This document shows, piece after piece, positions 47,501 to 60,704 of a stretch of DNA of 64,000 nt (positions within the stretch are counted from its first letter, which is position 1; every line of letters begins with the position of its first letter). The translations under genes and the position numbers were made by a program. The notes under the pieces were generated by a model. It was not told the DNA's origin. It ran no database searches and was given only the letters and a program-made list of their open reading frames with translations. The DNA is taken from NCBI RefSeq assembly GCF_026571515.1, contig NW_026862419.1:1-64000 (forward strand). Reading direction: 5' to 3'. The stretch is from Ruditapes philippinarum. Its lineage: Eukaryota.

Positions 47501-49680
47501 ATAACGATAAAGACAATTCGGATATCTGTATACAATCAACACAAATACAGTGTTAATGTCTGATACTATACATTTGGAAAACTATATGATTTACTTCAAA
47601 ATTATGAAAATCTCTATGTTAAAATGTTGTATCAGTAATAAATACATCTCATGTGAAATGTGTAATGTTAACTATCTAGACATTGTTTTCCCGATGTGCG
47701 CATGCGTGACCAACGTAATATTACGCAATCATAACAATGTCGTTTCTCGTTAACGTTACATTGACCTACTTTCAATGGTCATTTGGCTGTCATTTTGTCA
47801 AAATTATCGTTAAAGTTATTCATATCTATTTTTGTAATTTATTACCGGTAATTTTATTTCACCCTTAACGATAATTGTTGAGTTTCCCATCAATCAAATG
47901 TATGTTTATAAACACATATGTCTTATGTTTACATTATATATTTTATCTAAGCTAAACTCTATGCATACCTGAAAATAAATCATGCTTTAAAAGTAACTAT
48001 GATTTGTTAATAGCTTCCCATTATTTTATGTTGTTCTTTACTAGCCTTTGTTGAATGTCCAGTTTCACAGTCAAGCATAACAAAATGAAAATGACTTTCC
48101 GCTATCGCCTTTTCTCTGCTAGATACATGCGTAGCGATATTTACCTTTTGATTTTATATCGGAACAAGACTTAATAATAAATTAATTTCAATGATAGGAA
48201 GTGTTCGATCGCGTATACAGGAATTAGTGTCGCTGCCAATATATTCTGATAATAGTTGATTTTAGCTTAAATAAATCCGAGTTTTACGATAAAACACCTC
48301 GTGTTCTCCTTCCTCACGTCTGTCAATGTTGACTATATACAAACTGTATTCTAACAATACACTTTAAAGCAATGAGTACAGGTTTTTTGTATTATTAAAT
48401 CGGCGAATAAAGAAAAAAGAAATTTATTAAGCACTTCAAACATTTAAGTGGAAATAGTGATTTATTACAAGAGCGTATTAAGTGAGTAGTGTATATTTGG
48501 CTTAAAGTGTTATATTTGGTAACTCGCGTACAGTAATTGTTTTAAGTTGTGAATGAATGAAAGTTGTACGCCTGGAGGCAAAAAGGTAATATATGCACGA
48601 TATGATAAAGAAATAGAGCGGTCTTATCTTGTGTTTTATGTATTTAATGGACATATTACAACAGACTGACGTTGTGTGAATGTTTTCAGACGTGATTTGT
48701 TATCTTTTTGAAAGAGTTTCCTCTTGTTTTTCCAAAGGAATTATAGTGGCAACGCACTAAAGGTTTCTGGAGAGTTATTGAATTCGTTATCAGTTTTATA
48801 TTTTGAAGCTAAGTGAGATTAAACTCGATCAAACACGCGAAATTGGATGATTATTTGGGAAGTATTAAAACCGATGAGTTGAAATAACCCAGTGTTTAAA
48901 ATATATTTTTGTTTCTTGTATACTTTAATTAAAGTCAGCACTACTAATTACCCAGGGTTAAGGATACATTAAGATTAAATGAAAGTGGTATTTAAAGATT
49001 GTTTTGATAAATGAAGTGTTTTGAGTGGCACACTGTAATATCCAGTGTTTAAAGTCTGTTAAACGGGATTTAAGAACTGTTATTTAGTTAGATTTTCTTT
49101 ATGATTTTGGATATTTGAAAGGTGTAAGTTTATTTAGATATGTCTGATATAACACAGGTATCAATTCAATATATAAACGGAGTAAATACAATATAAACAA
49201 TAGATAATGTCAAAATGAGCGCTCGCTTATGTAAACAAAATATCGTGTATAAGTAAACATTTTTTCTTCCCAAGTAGAAAAGAGCTGGTAAATATAAATG
49301 CGTATGGTAGGTTTGCCAGATATCTTTCGATAAAAATGTACGAATCAGTGTAGTTCTTCTGGTATTTTTAGACCCTGATTTTCTCCAAGTTTTACTGATT
49401 ATATCTTTATATAATTACTAGAATTAGTAGTAAAACCGGTATTCTTCCACTTCTGTTTTTATATACATATAAATATATTAGCCTCTTATATATTAAACAG
49501 GATTTGAAGTACAAATATGTACATAAGAAATACAATTTACATGTACGTGCATGGATATATTATCTGAAACCATATGAATGCTTATATAAAAGATTCTACA
49601 ACATGATGGAACATTAATTTGAATCTATTTACGAAAAGGAATAAGTGGATTAAAAAACAGGATTAATAAATAGTGAAAAT

Positions 49681-49943
49681 ATGGAAAGCAAGGGAGATTT
49701 GCACGAACTTCTTAAAACCAAAGACGAACAAATAAAACAATTGCAACGTATTGTTGTTCAAAAGGACGAGGAAATAGAGCAATTAAAAAGTCAATTGGAT
49801 AAGTTCCAGTCTGTGCTTCCAAAGGCTCTAGTTCAGCCGAGAAAGGTTCGAGCCCAGGGTATATCAGCTGAACCTCAAACTGCCAGGAGTATTAAGGATT
49901 GTGTCGCAAACAATGCACTCAGAAAATATACGAAATCCAACAG
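49681..49943 (+). CDS. PRKG1: cGMP-dependent protein kinase I, first coding exon (leucine-zipper dimerisation domain plus autoinhibitory segment); rest of gene not found in window
   Basis: LLKTKDEQIKQLQRIVVQKDEEIEQLKSQLDKFQSVLP...PRKVRAQGISAEPQ...RKYTKSNR parallels the PKG I-alpha N-terminus (RAQGISAEP pseudosubstrate). Perfect donor AG|gtgagt. Confidence 0.93.
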
Positions 49944-51005
49944 GTGAGTAAATGTTTTCATAATGGTCTGTCAATCATAATACAGGTGTATATGTGTAAA
50001 TATTACCCAAGTCATTCATTTTATACTCAATTGACCTTATTGTATTTGTGTTATTATAGCTTATGATTGGTGAAAGATATTTTCACATATCTGTATAATT
50101 ATGGTAAAATACAAGTATACATATATTTAATAGTCAATATATTAATATAATGTTATATTACATGTATTAGATATGTCCTAACCTGCACATAACTGTTTTA
50201 CATTACAAACGCTTTGAAGGTAAAGTGAAACTAATTGTCTACTGCACTTCACTAAGTTACAAATTTTTTTTATCTATTTTATGTTTACCGGTTTTCATTC
50301 CTAAGATTAGATTGTATTTTAAGATAGCTGGATCAAATGTTTTACACTTATATAGCTTTTAAATATTTACCAGCAAAGCCTTGTCATTTAAATCATAAGA
50401 ACATTGTATACATTACATACTTGAAGTCTATATATTGGAGCTATCAATTAAGAATTAGATCGAGAAAACCGTGCAAAACTACACTCACATCAAAGCGTTA
50501 GAAACTTGATATAATTCTGTCTGATAAGGAACCCTACGTTATTTTCATGTTTGAATCGAAAGAGAAAATGGAAGAAATGTCAAAATCATTTCCACTTATC
50601 ACTTGTCATTTATGATATTCAAGCTGATATGTATGGATAATTGATACCCACTAATGAAACGAAAACTAAAAAGACTGCAATGTTCACAGCTGAATAAATG
50701 CATTTTGACAATCCTTAGTTGATAACAAGGAAGTGTAGTGATGCTATTAATATTTTATAAGCATTTCCTTTGAAAGAATTAATTTGTCTAACACATGTAT
50801 CTAAAGTAACGACTAATTAGCTGACATTTTAGACTCTTCAAACTATTTTTTTAAGTGTTTTTCTCAAACTTGACTTTTTCACCTGGTTAATATTCAAATT
50901 GATACTGTATAATTTTATTCAACTATGTCATGTGCAAAATAACTAAAAGAAAAAGTACTGATTTTATGTCTACTACGCTGTCCCGCTAGTGCTATCGCGA
51001 CATAC

Positions 51006-51248
51006 ATATGAGCCGCGTCACGACAAAACCAACATAGTGCGTTTGCGACCAGCATGGATCCAGACCAGCCTGCGCATCTGCGCAGTCTGATCAGGATCCA
51101 TGCTGTTCGCTATCAATTTCTCTACTTGTTATACGGTTTGTAAGCGAACAGCATGTATCCTGATCAGACTGCGAGGATGCGCAGACTGGTCTGGATCCAT
51201 GCTGGTCGCAAACCCATTATGTTGGTTTTGTCGTGACGCGGCTCATAT
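51006..51248. mobile_element. Palindromic MITE with ~100 bp arms
   Basis: atatgagccgcgtcacgacaaaaccaacata...gctgttcgct / agcgaacagc...tatgttggttttgtcgtgacgcggctcatat. Confidence 0.9.
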
Positions 51249-51252
51249 AATT

Positions 51253-51800
51253 CGAAACTACGATGGTGAATTTTCGAAGGTAAGATGATGGAAAGACGAA
51301 AGCACGAACTTATGATGGTGTAAAACATAAAGTTCTTGATCATAATGGTAGCATAATGTTAGTACGCTTTTCGTTCTCATCCATTGCGCATGCTTAACAG
51401 GAAGGCGAAGCTGAAAACTCAAAGGTCACGATCATGGTGAAAATACGGAACTACGATGATGAAAAGTCAAAATCATGATGTTGAAAAGTCGAAAGTACGA
51501 TGGCTAAAATCCGAAAGTGCGATGGTGAAAAGTCGAAACTAAGATTATGAAATGTCGAAATCACGATAGTAAAAATTCGAAATAACAAAACAACACAATC
51601 AGGGTGGTAAAATGTTCGAAAATACGATGGTGAAAACACAAATTTTATTTAGTTTTCATCACCGTATTGTGGACATTTCGTCATCGTACCTGTGACCTAT
51701 TACCATCGTGGTTTCGTTATTTCGACTTTAAACCATCGTTATTTCGTGTTATCGTTGTTTCGAGTTATCTGTGTTTCGCTTTGGCCACAACGCGTCACTG
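51253..51800. repeat. Degenerate ~22 bp tandem units (cgaaa.tacgatggtgaaa) in two opposing orientations; probable MITE/foldback remnant
   Basis: acgatggtgaaa units to ~51635, then the complementary accatcgt/tttcg units from ~51655. Confidence 0.6.
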
Positions 51801-52378
51801 TAGTATACTCATTAAGTTCTGTAATTTAAAAGTCGAACAAGAAATTTACTTTTACAACACTATGTTATTGATGATAATTATACGCCACTGATATTTGCAT
51901 GTTTCGATTGCACTTAATTTCTTACTCTGTTCTTATTAGTTATAAAGATAACGATAATCTTCGCATTCTGGTTTTGTTCAATGATTTCATATCATTTATT
52001 TACAAAGCGACAATTTCTAGCTGAAGTTTTGAAAATGAAATATGAAATAATTTAAAATCAAGACAGTTTACCCTTGTCAAACCACAAAAAATGAGAGTGA
52101 AGTTCACACACATTAGGCTTTTATAAAATCGCTTGCGATACAAAAATGATTGATTTTACACTTTGTGTGTTTTATGAATGTTTGGTAATGCACTTCTCAA
52201 CTTATTTAAAGGGCGGCTGATGAATTGATTGTTTATTAAGTTTCTTGGTTGACAAAATAGTTTTAAGACACGGTCACCAATATAATCTATCGGTATTTAT
52301 ATTTTATCAATTTGAAAAATAAATTGATATCTATATGCATTATTTTGAACATCTTTTCAGGTGTAGTACACGGTTTGA

Positions 52379-52596
52379 TACGAAAGACCGGTGGGGACAT
52401 TTCAACTTCATGAATTCACGATTTCATCTTTCTGAATTCACAATTTTAACTTTGTGAAATCACATTTTCAACATGCAAAATTCACGAATTTATGATTTCA
52501 GCTTCATGAATTTGCGATTTCAACTTCAGGATCGTGATTTTGTGAAGTTTAAATAGTGAATTCATGAAGCTGAAATGTCCCTACCTGTTTTTCGTA
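52379..52596. mobile_element. MITE with ~40 bp terminal inverted repeats and internal subrepeats
   Basis: tacgaaagaccggtggggacatttcaacttcatgaattcac ... gtgaattcatgaagctgaaatgtccctacctgtttttcgta. Confidence 0.8.
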
Positions 52597-55554
52597 GTTT
52601 AATATCAGTATTGCATTTATACACCGGCCATTTAGTTAGACAAGGATGCAGGGGAGTCTGTACCAGACGAAATTGTAGCTGAACCTTCACATATTTTATT
52701 TGAATAACTCAAATAAATTAACTGTTTTCGTTTACTACTTGTATTTGTCTAGGTAAGTTAATTGAACTAATCAAAACAAAGAGATTTCAATACATTTAAA
52801 CAAGTTAGATTCAGTTTAAACGTTTGTCACATTTCGAAACAGAACTATATAAAACAAGTATTGTTAAATGTTTATATCTCTGTTTGCTTAAACGTAAAGT
52901 CACTCTTGCTAATAGTTGATTTTGTTTAATTTCATTTGGGTTTGAGTCACTGAAACTTGACTCAAGTATTTGTCAGATGGATAGATTGTGGTTTTAATGG
53001 GCAAGGATGAACTTTGATCCTCATCAATAATTTGTTTAACCTATCGAAAATCAAGATCAGTTAAATATAGGAGTGGAATTATGAAGCATGTGCCTTTAAT
53101 TCCTAAAATAGACACTCCAGAACTCGGTAAATGTCAGTTCTTCTCATCTTATCCCTGAGATATAAACAAACTTTACAGTAGCAACTTGGTAATAATACCG
53201 TAAGTAAGTGGAATGCTTTGACCACTATTGTGAATTTTAGTGCACCGCGAAACTTTAAGGGTAAACGTTTGTCTGTACCTGGGATGAGATAGGAAAAGCC
53301 CACTTTTGCCGAATTCCGGATAACATAATTATATATTCTTCAAGTAATTTTTATAAAAATATCTGCAATGAATTTCATACGGTATCATATGATGGATAAT
53401 TTAAGAAAAGCGTTTAAATCAAGAAAGCTTTTAATTTAGTTCAACCGTTACTTTGAGGCCCGTAATAACCACCACGTTCAACTCGCCATAACCACAACTT
53501 CGAGTCCCGCTATCCCCCTGCAATAACGCCCTCGAACTCACTGCGACATTTAATCACTTTCTTTAATACCAGTTTATAGAATTTATATACTTGTCTAATT
53601 CATGATTTTTAAAACAGAAGAATAGAATACATTTTAAAAAATAATTCAACTTTCATTGACTAGTTATAACAGTATGATAAGAGTTGGAATTTAAACAGCA
53701 ACATAATTAATGTTTTTATCGCTATCTTCGATAAAAGGCGAATATATGGACATCTGTACTATAGACAGGCGGATAATTGTAGGTAAATGTTTACTTGCAA
53801 CATGTTTTAATTTGTCACTATGATTTGTCTACCTCATATGTGGTTAATTAGTCTAGAGTGCCATAATAACATGTCTGTGTAACACAGCATGTTGAGAATT
53901 AATTTGAATGTCATTATCCACAGTCAATGTCATATTAAAACTAATTTTATGCCAAGCGGACCAAGCAAACTTTACAAAATATATGTACCTGTGTAAAGAC
54001 CATGATTTGGACTTTATATACTCATGTAATATTTGCAATATAAATATACTTTTCATAGACAAAATGATATCAATATAGTATTGCTATCTTTTTTTCTGCT
54101 ATGCTTCAGAAGTGTTTGGGTAATTTTGGCTAAAATTATTACTTTACAAGTACTAGTATTGCCGTTTTTAAATATACCATCCCCTGTATGGTCTTATCAT
54201 TTAACACCTATATGCTAATGGGTGTTGACTAAGATTAGATTAAATAAATATAGTCAATATTGTGTTTGCTAAATAATCTGCTGATGATCAGCTTCAGATA
54301 ATACTTTGTAACCTCTGATCACCTTTCAAATTTCCATCATGTTTATTTTTGTAAATCTATTTATTTTTTAAATTTTCATTTATTTATTTATATTATTATT
54401 TTTTTTACCCCCTTATACATCGCTTTTCATGAGAGGCACTAACGTGTCACATTTAAGGTTCCAAGATGACCGACATATGGACACATATGGATGTTTCTTA
54501 ATTCATAATTTCACCAGTCATGTTTAAAAGTTCAATTTTGCTTAAGCCGGTGCTAGGGGACATAGTTGGTAACTTGCACTTGCAGTATCATCTAATAACA
54601 AGCTTATCAAACTGTGCCTGTAACATTTTCAATTTTGTCGTTCTGAGCGTTCTTTCAGAGATTCCCTTTTTCTCTATATTATTTGTATGGCCAGAACACA
54701 TGATTCATTGAACACTATTACTGTAACATCGGACGTATAAGAAGGCATAACTTGATTAATACTTTACTACTAGATTTAGGTATATCCATTATTCATTGTC
54801 TGATCATTACAAATAGAAGATAAGTAAAACCAGTATGTTGTGAAGAATCATTATTCTTGTATTTAATTTGTTTGCCACTAATCACAGAGACAAGTATCAA
54901 TATACAGTCGTAGACGAATACGCAACATTTCTGTATTTCCAATTTCTATTCCCCTACAGAGTCGTTTATCAGCGTGAAAACAATTTGAAGCATTTAAGAT
55001 TGGAACACTTCTGACATCATTGAGTAGTGATTTGTCATTTTCAGGAACATAGAAAATAATAGGGATGTGTTCTATTTGCAAATGATTGTGGTAAGGATTC
55101 ATATCTATCTCGTGATTCTTCCTGTAAATGAATGCAGTGAACTATCCCATTGCATTAGGGGCATCGTCTTTACAACGACCAATACTTTATAAACGATAAT
55201 TCTCGGCGAATAAATGTATATGTTGGTTTCTTCTTGTATAACAATAGTTCTAATAAGAATTAATAATATATAAAATCAACGGTAGGTATAGAAAAGAATG
55301 ATTAGTCTTATCACTAATCAGAGTGCTTATACAAGTAAAACATTTATTTCAAGTGTTGCTGGTGTCTTTTTACATAATTGACACTGAAATTGGCCGCGTT
55401 TTTGACAAATATAGGATATAATTGTTCGAAAGTTACAAATTTAAAAATGTCTTATTGAGAAACAAAGTTATCTCACTTATTGTCTCCTGTAAATGCTTAC
55501 TTTGGTGAGAAAACGTTCTCCGTTGTTGTTGATTTGTGGCCAATGCTCTGCTGG

Positions 55555-55821
55555 ATACCTATCCGGTGCCCTGCAGCATACCAATCAAGTGCCCTACTAA
55601 ATACCTATCCGGTGCCCTGCAGGATACCAATCAAGTGCCCTACTAAATACCTATCCGATGCCCTGCAGGATACCAATTAAGTGCCCTACTAAATACCTAA
55701 CCGGCTCCCTGCAAGATACCAATCAAGTGCCCTACTAAATACCTATCCAGTGCCCTGCAGGATACCAATCAAGTGCCCTACTAAATACCTGTTCGGTGCC
55801 CTGCTGAATACCTATCCAGTG
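55555..55821. repeat. 46 bp minisatellite (dimer of two 23 bp subunits), ~5.7 copies
   Basis: atacctatccggtgccctgcagg + ataccaatcaagtgccctactaa, repeated. Confidence 0.93.
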
Positions 55822-57277
55822 GTCTTGTGTAAAGAGTTGTTATAGCTGCTGCCTACCCTGAACATCGTTCTCCATTGTTCATCTTTATCCTCATAAGTTT
55901 ATTATAAGTTTATTTATCTGCAATAGTTTACTTATCTGCAATTCTTCCTATCACTTTTTTTAGTTAACAGGCATTTTGATGATGCATACATTTATTTTAT
56001 CCTCCGTTTACTACGATTTATGAGCTTCTAGATCTCATAAAATGACACATTATACACTAGTCTGCTTTATGACGTGGATACGTCTTTGCTGTTTCAAACC
56101 TTGAAGTGTTTTTGGAACATTACAGACAGATATTTACTTCATAAAGCGACAAAAACACTGTGTAATCCTGGCATTATCTTGGCGTGAAATTCTACTAAAT
56201 AAATCAAATACATCAAACGGTAGGGGATTCTTCAAAGATTAGAACTTAAAAACTTATCTTACGAGCACTAAGTAATACATATTACAAAAGTGATATAAAA
56301 TTGATTTCTTACAACCTGTAGAAAATGATGAACAAATCTTTTACACAATACTTCCTTGACAATTGTGCATGTCTATTAAGTTAATTGTAAATTTTATATT
56401 GTACTAGATTATGAGATAAACATGAAATTAGACACTAAAGGCAACGTTCAATGAAGTTGCTTCATGTACAGGTTTCCAACAATAACTTAAGCTTATTCAA
56501 CAGGTTTAAATACTGTAGAAATTGAGATTTATTTAGTTTCGCACATTTTTTTCTGGTAAATAAAGGGTACTTTAGCGTTCTATTAAATGAGGACCATCGC
56601 CGGGTTTCAGTGAATGGCAATAACGTGTCAAATTGAAGATTCCATTATGACCGCGACATAAATACATCTGTGTATGTTTATAAATTAAAAAAAACGTACC
56701 AGTATATTTTTAAATTTTGAATTCTTTAGGGGGCGCGGACGGTAGCTTGTTCTTTCCAATAACTCCAAAGAACAGGTTCTATCATTATTATACATTTAAT
56801 AGTCGCTTAGCTTTAAATGAAAGAATTATTATGATATGATTTTAATTGAAGCTTGTTTGGGTAAATTGTGAATATAGAGACACCTGTACAATAGGAAGGC
56901 GGATATGTTACATTAACGTTTATTTTTGACGTTTTCTAATTTTTAATCATGAATTGTCTACCTCGTCGGTAGCTTAATTGATATATTGTTTGTGTGAAAA
57001 ACCAAGTTGAGTATGAATTTCTTATGCTCTGTCAAGGTCATGTTTTAACTATTTTATGTTGACTAAGCGAGTTTTCAAAAATATATAATTTGTAAGAAAG
57101 ACATAGAAATGCAATTATAGAATAAAACATAACTGTGTAAACATTGTCATTACGGTACTGGTGTTTATTAAATTGCACACCTAAATAGCGATAAAATTAA
57201 TAAATCAAGTTCTGCCAATATATACCTGATTGTACCTAATCATATAATTAGTATACAGGCTGTATATTTTTCATAGA

Positions 57278-57360
57278 TACACATACATACATACATAGAT
57301 ACATACACGCACGCACGCACGCACGCACATACATACATACATACATACATACATACATAC
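57278..57360. repeat. Compound microsatellite (CATA)n(CACG)n(CATA)n
   Basis: Directly visible in the sequence. Confidence 0.95.
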
Positions 57361-60300
57361 GATAATTGTTATTCAAAGGGGTTACAATTATATCAACCAT
57401 TTCTTATTCGGATGGTTTTGTTTGCTTGAGGCAATTCTGGTAGCATAGGCTCCTAGGATTGAAAGATTTTATACAAAACCTCACTAAATCTATAGTAATA
57501 TACTTTTTAGGTGTTAGATATTAATTATTGTAATAACTGCTTTTTAGTTTAACACGTGCCAATAAAATTTTTTAAGTCGGCTTGTAATATAAAATGCCAC
57601 CATATTATATGTTATACAATGGTAATATTTTTACGCAACTGTTCATATATCATTCCATGTATAACCATAGAAGAGCCATCCCTATATGCTACTTGTGAGC
57701 GTTAACATATTTATACAATTACCAAAAAGACACGACTGTTTAATACAGATGCACCACAAACCAATCTATTATTGTGATTTACAGTTTCAACCATGTTCAT
57801 GTACAGTAATAGAAAGTTTGAGCGTTCTGTTCCACAAATCTCAATGACTACTTTAACAACATACAAATTTGTTTTGACAAAACACTGTGCATATTGTTTG
57901 CTTATTTATCCCTTATACGATAGTCAGCTTCAACTTGGACTTTGAGATGTCAACATACATATAGCATTGGAGTATGACATGCTTCTAGATAGTTTCCAAT
58001 GACAATTTGCTGACATATTTATAATGAAGGTTATAAGTAATACGAGTATGTTATGAAGAATCCTTATTCTTGTATTTAATTTTGAACCAATAATAGAAAC
58101 AAACATCAATATTCAGTCGCAGCAAAATTACTCTCAACATAATTACATAACTCTCGTTCCAATTTCTATTTTCCTAGTTGTTTATCAGCGTGAAACAGTT
58201 GAGAACATTTAACCTCTTAGATTAAACATCTTGATTTCTTAAAGGGGCGATTTAACCTTTTTCACGAACATAGAAAGTGTTTTATTTGAAATATTTGAAA
58301 ACGACTTTTGTTCTAAAATAATATAACACGTCCTATAAGTAGTATAGCATATAAGTTACTCCCTTAATAAATGCTGGTGACCTTGAAGACATGATTGCTT
58401 ACATTAAAGTCATTCTTTCTGAATCATACTATTATATTGATCTAGAAAAATATGTTGATCTAGATCTAATAAATATTAAAAACCAAGCTGAGCAATTATC
58501 AAAGGTCTATGGTACATTTATGTATATAGAACTTCGATCAATGGAGTTGGGCTGAGTCTAATCACTTATCAAATTTTAACACGTAATTTATTTTAAATGT
58601 ATGTTTGGTCAACGACTGATAATGGCAGGGTTGTAATATCGAAGGGTATATTTTATAACCGATACATTTATATAAGTATAAATATAAACCTGTTAAGATC
58701 CATTTATTATTGTAACTAATAATCTGTGTTACTCGTTTCCCCTTTTCAGTAAACCGGCATTTTGATGATGCATAAATCTGTTTTATCCACAATTTACCGA
58801 GATTTATGGGCTTCTAGATCTCATGAAAGAAAACGTTATTTACTATCCGCTCTATGACGTGGATGCGTCTTTGCTGTTTTAAATCATACAATGTTGTTTG
58901 GAAAATTACAGACAGATATTTACTTCACAAGGCGACAAAAACATTCTGCAATCTAGGCATTATTTTGGCGCCACATTCTACCTCATGAATCAAGTACATC
59001 AATCGCTAGGAAATTTTCTAATGGTTACAACGTACAATTTTTTTAACATGTATTCATTACTTCAGTGATGATAATGACATTGTATATGAATAATAATTTC
59101 TTGATTATTTTATACAATATAAAAGTTGATTGGCATTTCTTTTCAAAATATTATACGAAAATACGTTTTCTTAAACGCTGATTTTCCCTTTAAATGTAAA
59201 TGCTAAAATTGATTTTTTTAAAAAAAAGTATTCGTTCATTCATTAAACGACTCATTTCATTGTTGATCTTGTTTATCATATCTTTTCCTCTACCAGTGAA
59301 GCTCAAAAGTCGCCATATGGCCTTTACTAGCCTCCCCCACATCCACCTCGCCCAAACATCAAACCCCCAAAGTTTTTCATCATGTCTGATTTAAAAACGA
59401 AACACTTTCTCTTTCATTCCCTAGCCTGTTTCAACAGAATTTACCAATGCAACCACTGCAAATCAAGTTCAACCAGCACATCCGTGTCGTCTGACTTGAT
59501 GATGTTCTGAACTATTTGCTATCCAGTCAGTAATAATGAAAAGTCCCGAAGATGATGAATGGTTTTACCCAGATTGAAAGATGAGCATGTCCATTAAATA
59601 TATAACGTATGGGCAGGTTCATTTATTAATTATGTGTTGCAACTTGCCAACTTATAACACACCTGCGGATGTTACTTAATTCAAAATTGTACCATTACAT
59701 GTTTAAATGTTGGATCCTGCTTGAGTCAGAACAAGTAGGCGTGCATATTCCTTGCACTGTTCAGTACTGTCAATGAACAGGCTCAATTAAAACGAACCTG
59801 CAACATTTTGGACTTTCTTTGAGGATTTTATTTCTCTCTATTTTATTAAACGTTGATATCATAACTTAGCTACCATCCACTGAGTTATAACTGGTAACCT
59901 GTGAATCATCACATAATTGATTGTGGTGGATACCTAAATCACAAATTATGTCTTAGAACTATTTTCTTATGAAAGAAGGAATATAAAAATAACTTTCATT
60001 TCCTCTTGTCTTGTACTCTATTAGCCCATGCAATATCGGAATATAACACAGCAGGGATACGAACATGATTTAAGTGTTTGATCATTACAAATTCAAAGCA
60101 GAAACATATATAGACCATATTGTCTTGGTTGTAATGGAAGACAGACATATAAGGCCAGCTATCAGTTGTGGCAGTAAATTGTCATAGTATCTATGATTAA
60201 AACAAACCATATTTACGTATCATTATTTCAAACAACAAACCGCAATTTATAATTAACGTACGTTGATGTTGCATGTAAATAATTGTATTCTCGTATCATG

Positions 60301-60704
60301 TATGTGATAAAATTTCACTTCGTTCAGTTCTTGCCAGTGCATTTCAACTTATTCTAATAAGGCTAGTTATACATTATGCACTTAAAGAACTGAATATTTC
60401 ATATATTATTTTATTTATTCAAATTGGGTCAACCAAAACAATTATTTTACAGAGTTGTCTATTGTATATTTTAAACAAACCTATTTTGGTCGTTCTGCAT
60501 TTACATTTTGTAAAATGTTTTGTATACAACTTTGTTCGTATCACATGTTTAACTACCATGTACGTAGTAGTTAGGTGTTTTGTTAAGTCAAGGACGGTCT
60601 TTCAGATCAGGCAGCGAATATAGTCACGTATTATCACCATGTAGACCACATATGATAGACATGTATCTTTGTTAGTAACGAAATAAACGAGACGTTCAAC
60701 ATCT

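Larger units (their letters stand above)
53750..59030 (+). repeat. Old diverged tandem duplication (~53750-56250 versus ~56880-59030) in the PKG intron
   Basis: Three collinear homologous blocks: 53751/56881, 54833/58046 and 55970/58756. Confidence 0.75.

Noticed and set aside
55555-55821. CRISPR-like regular repeat
   Set aside because: No unique spacers; eukaryotic context; plain minisatellite.
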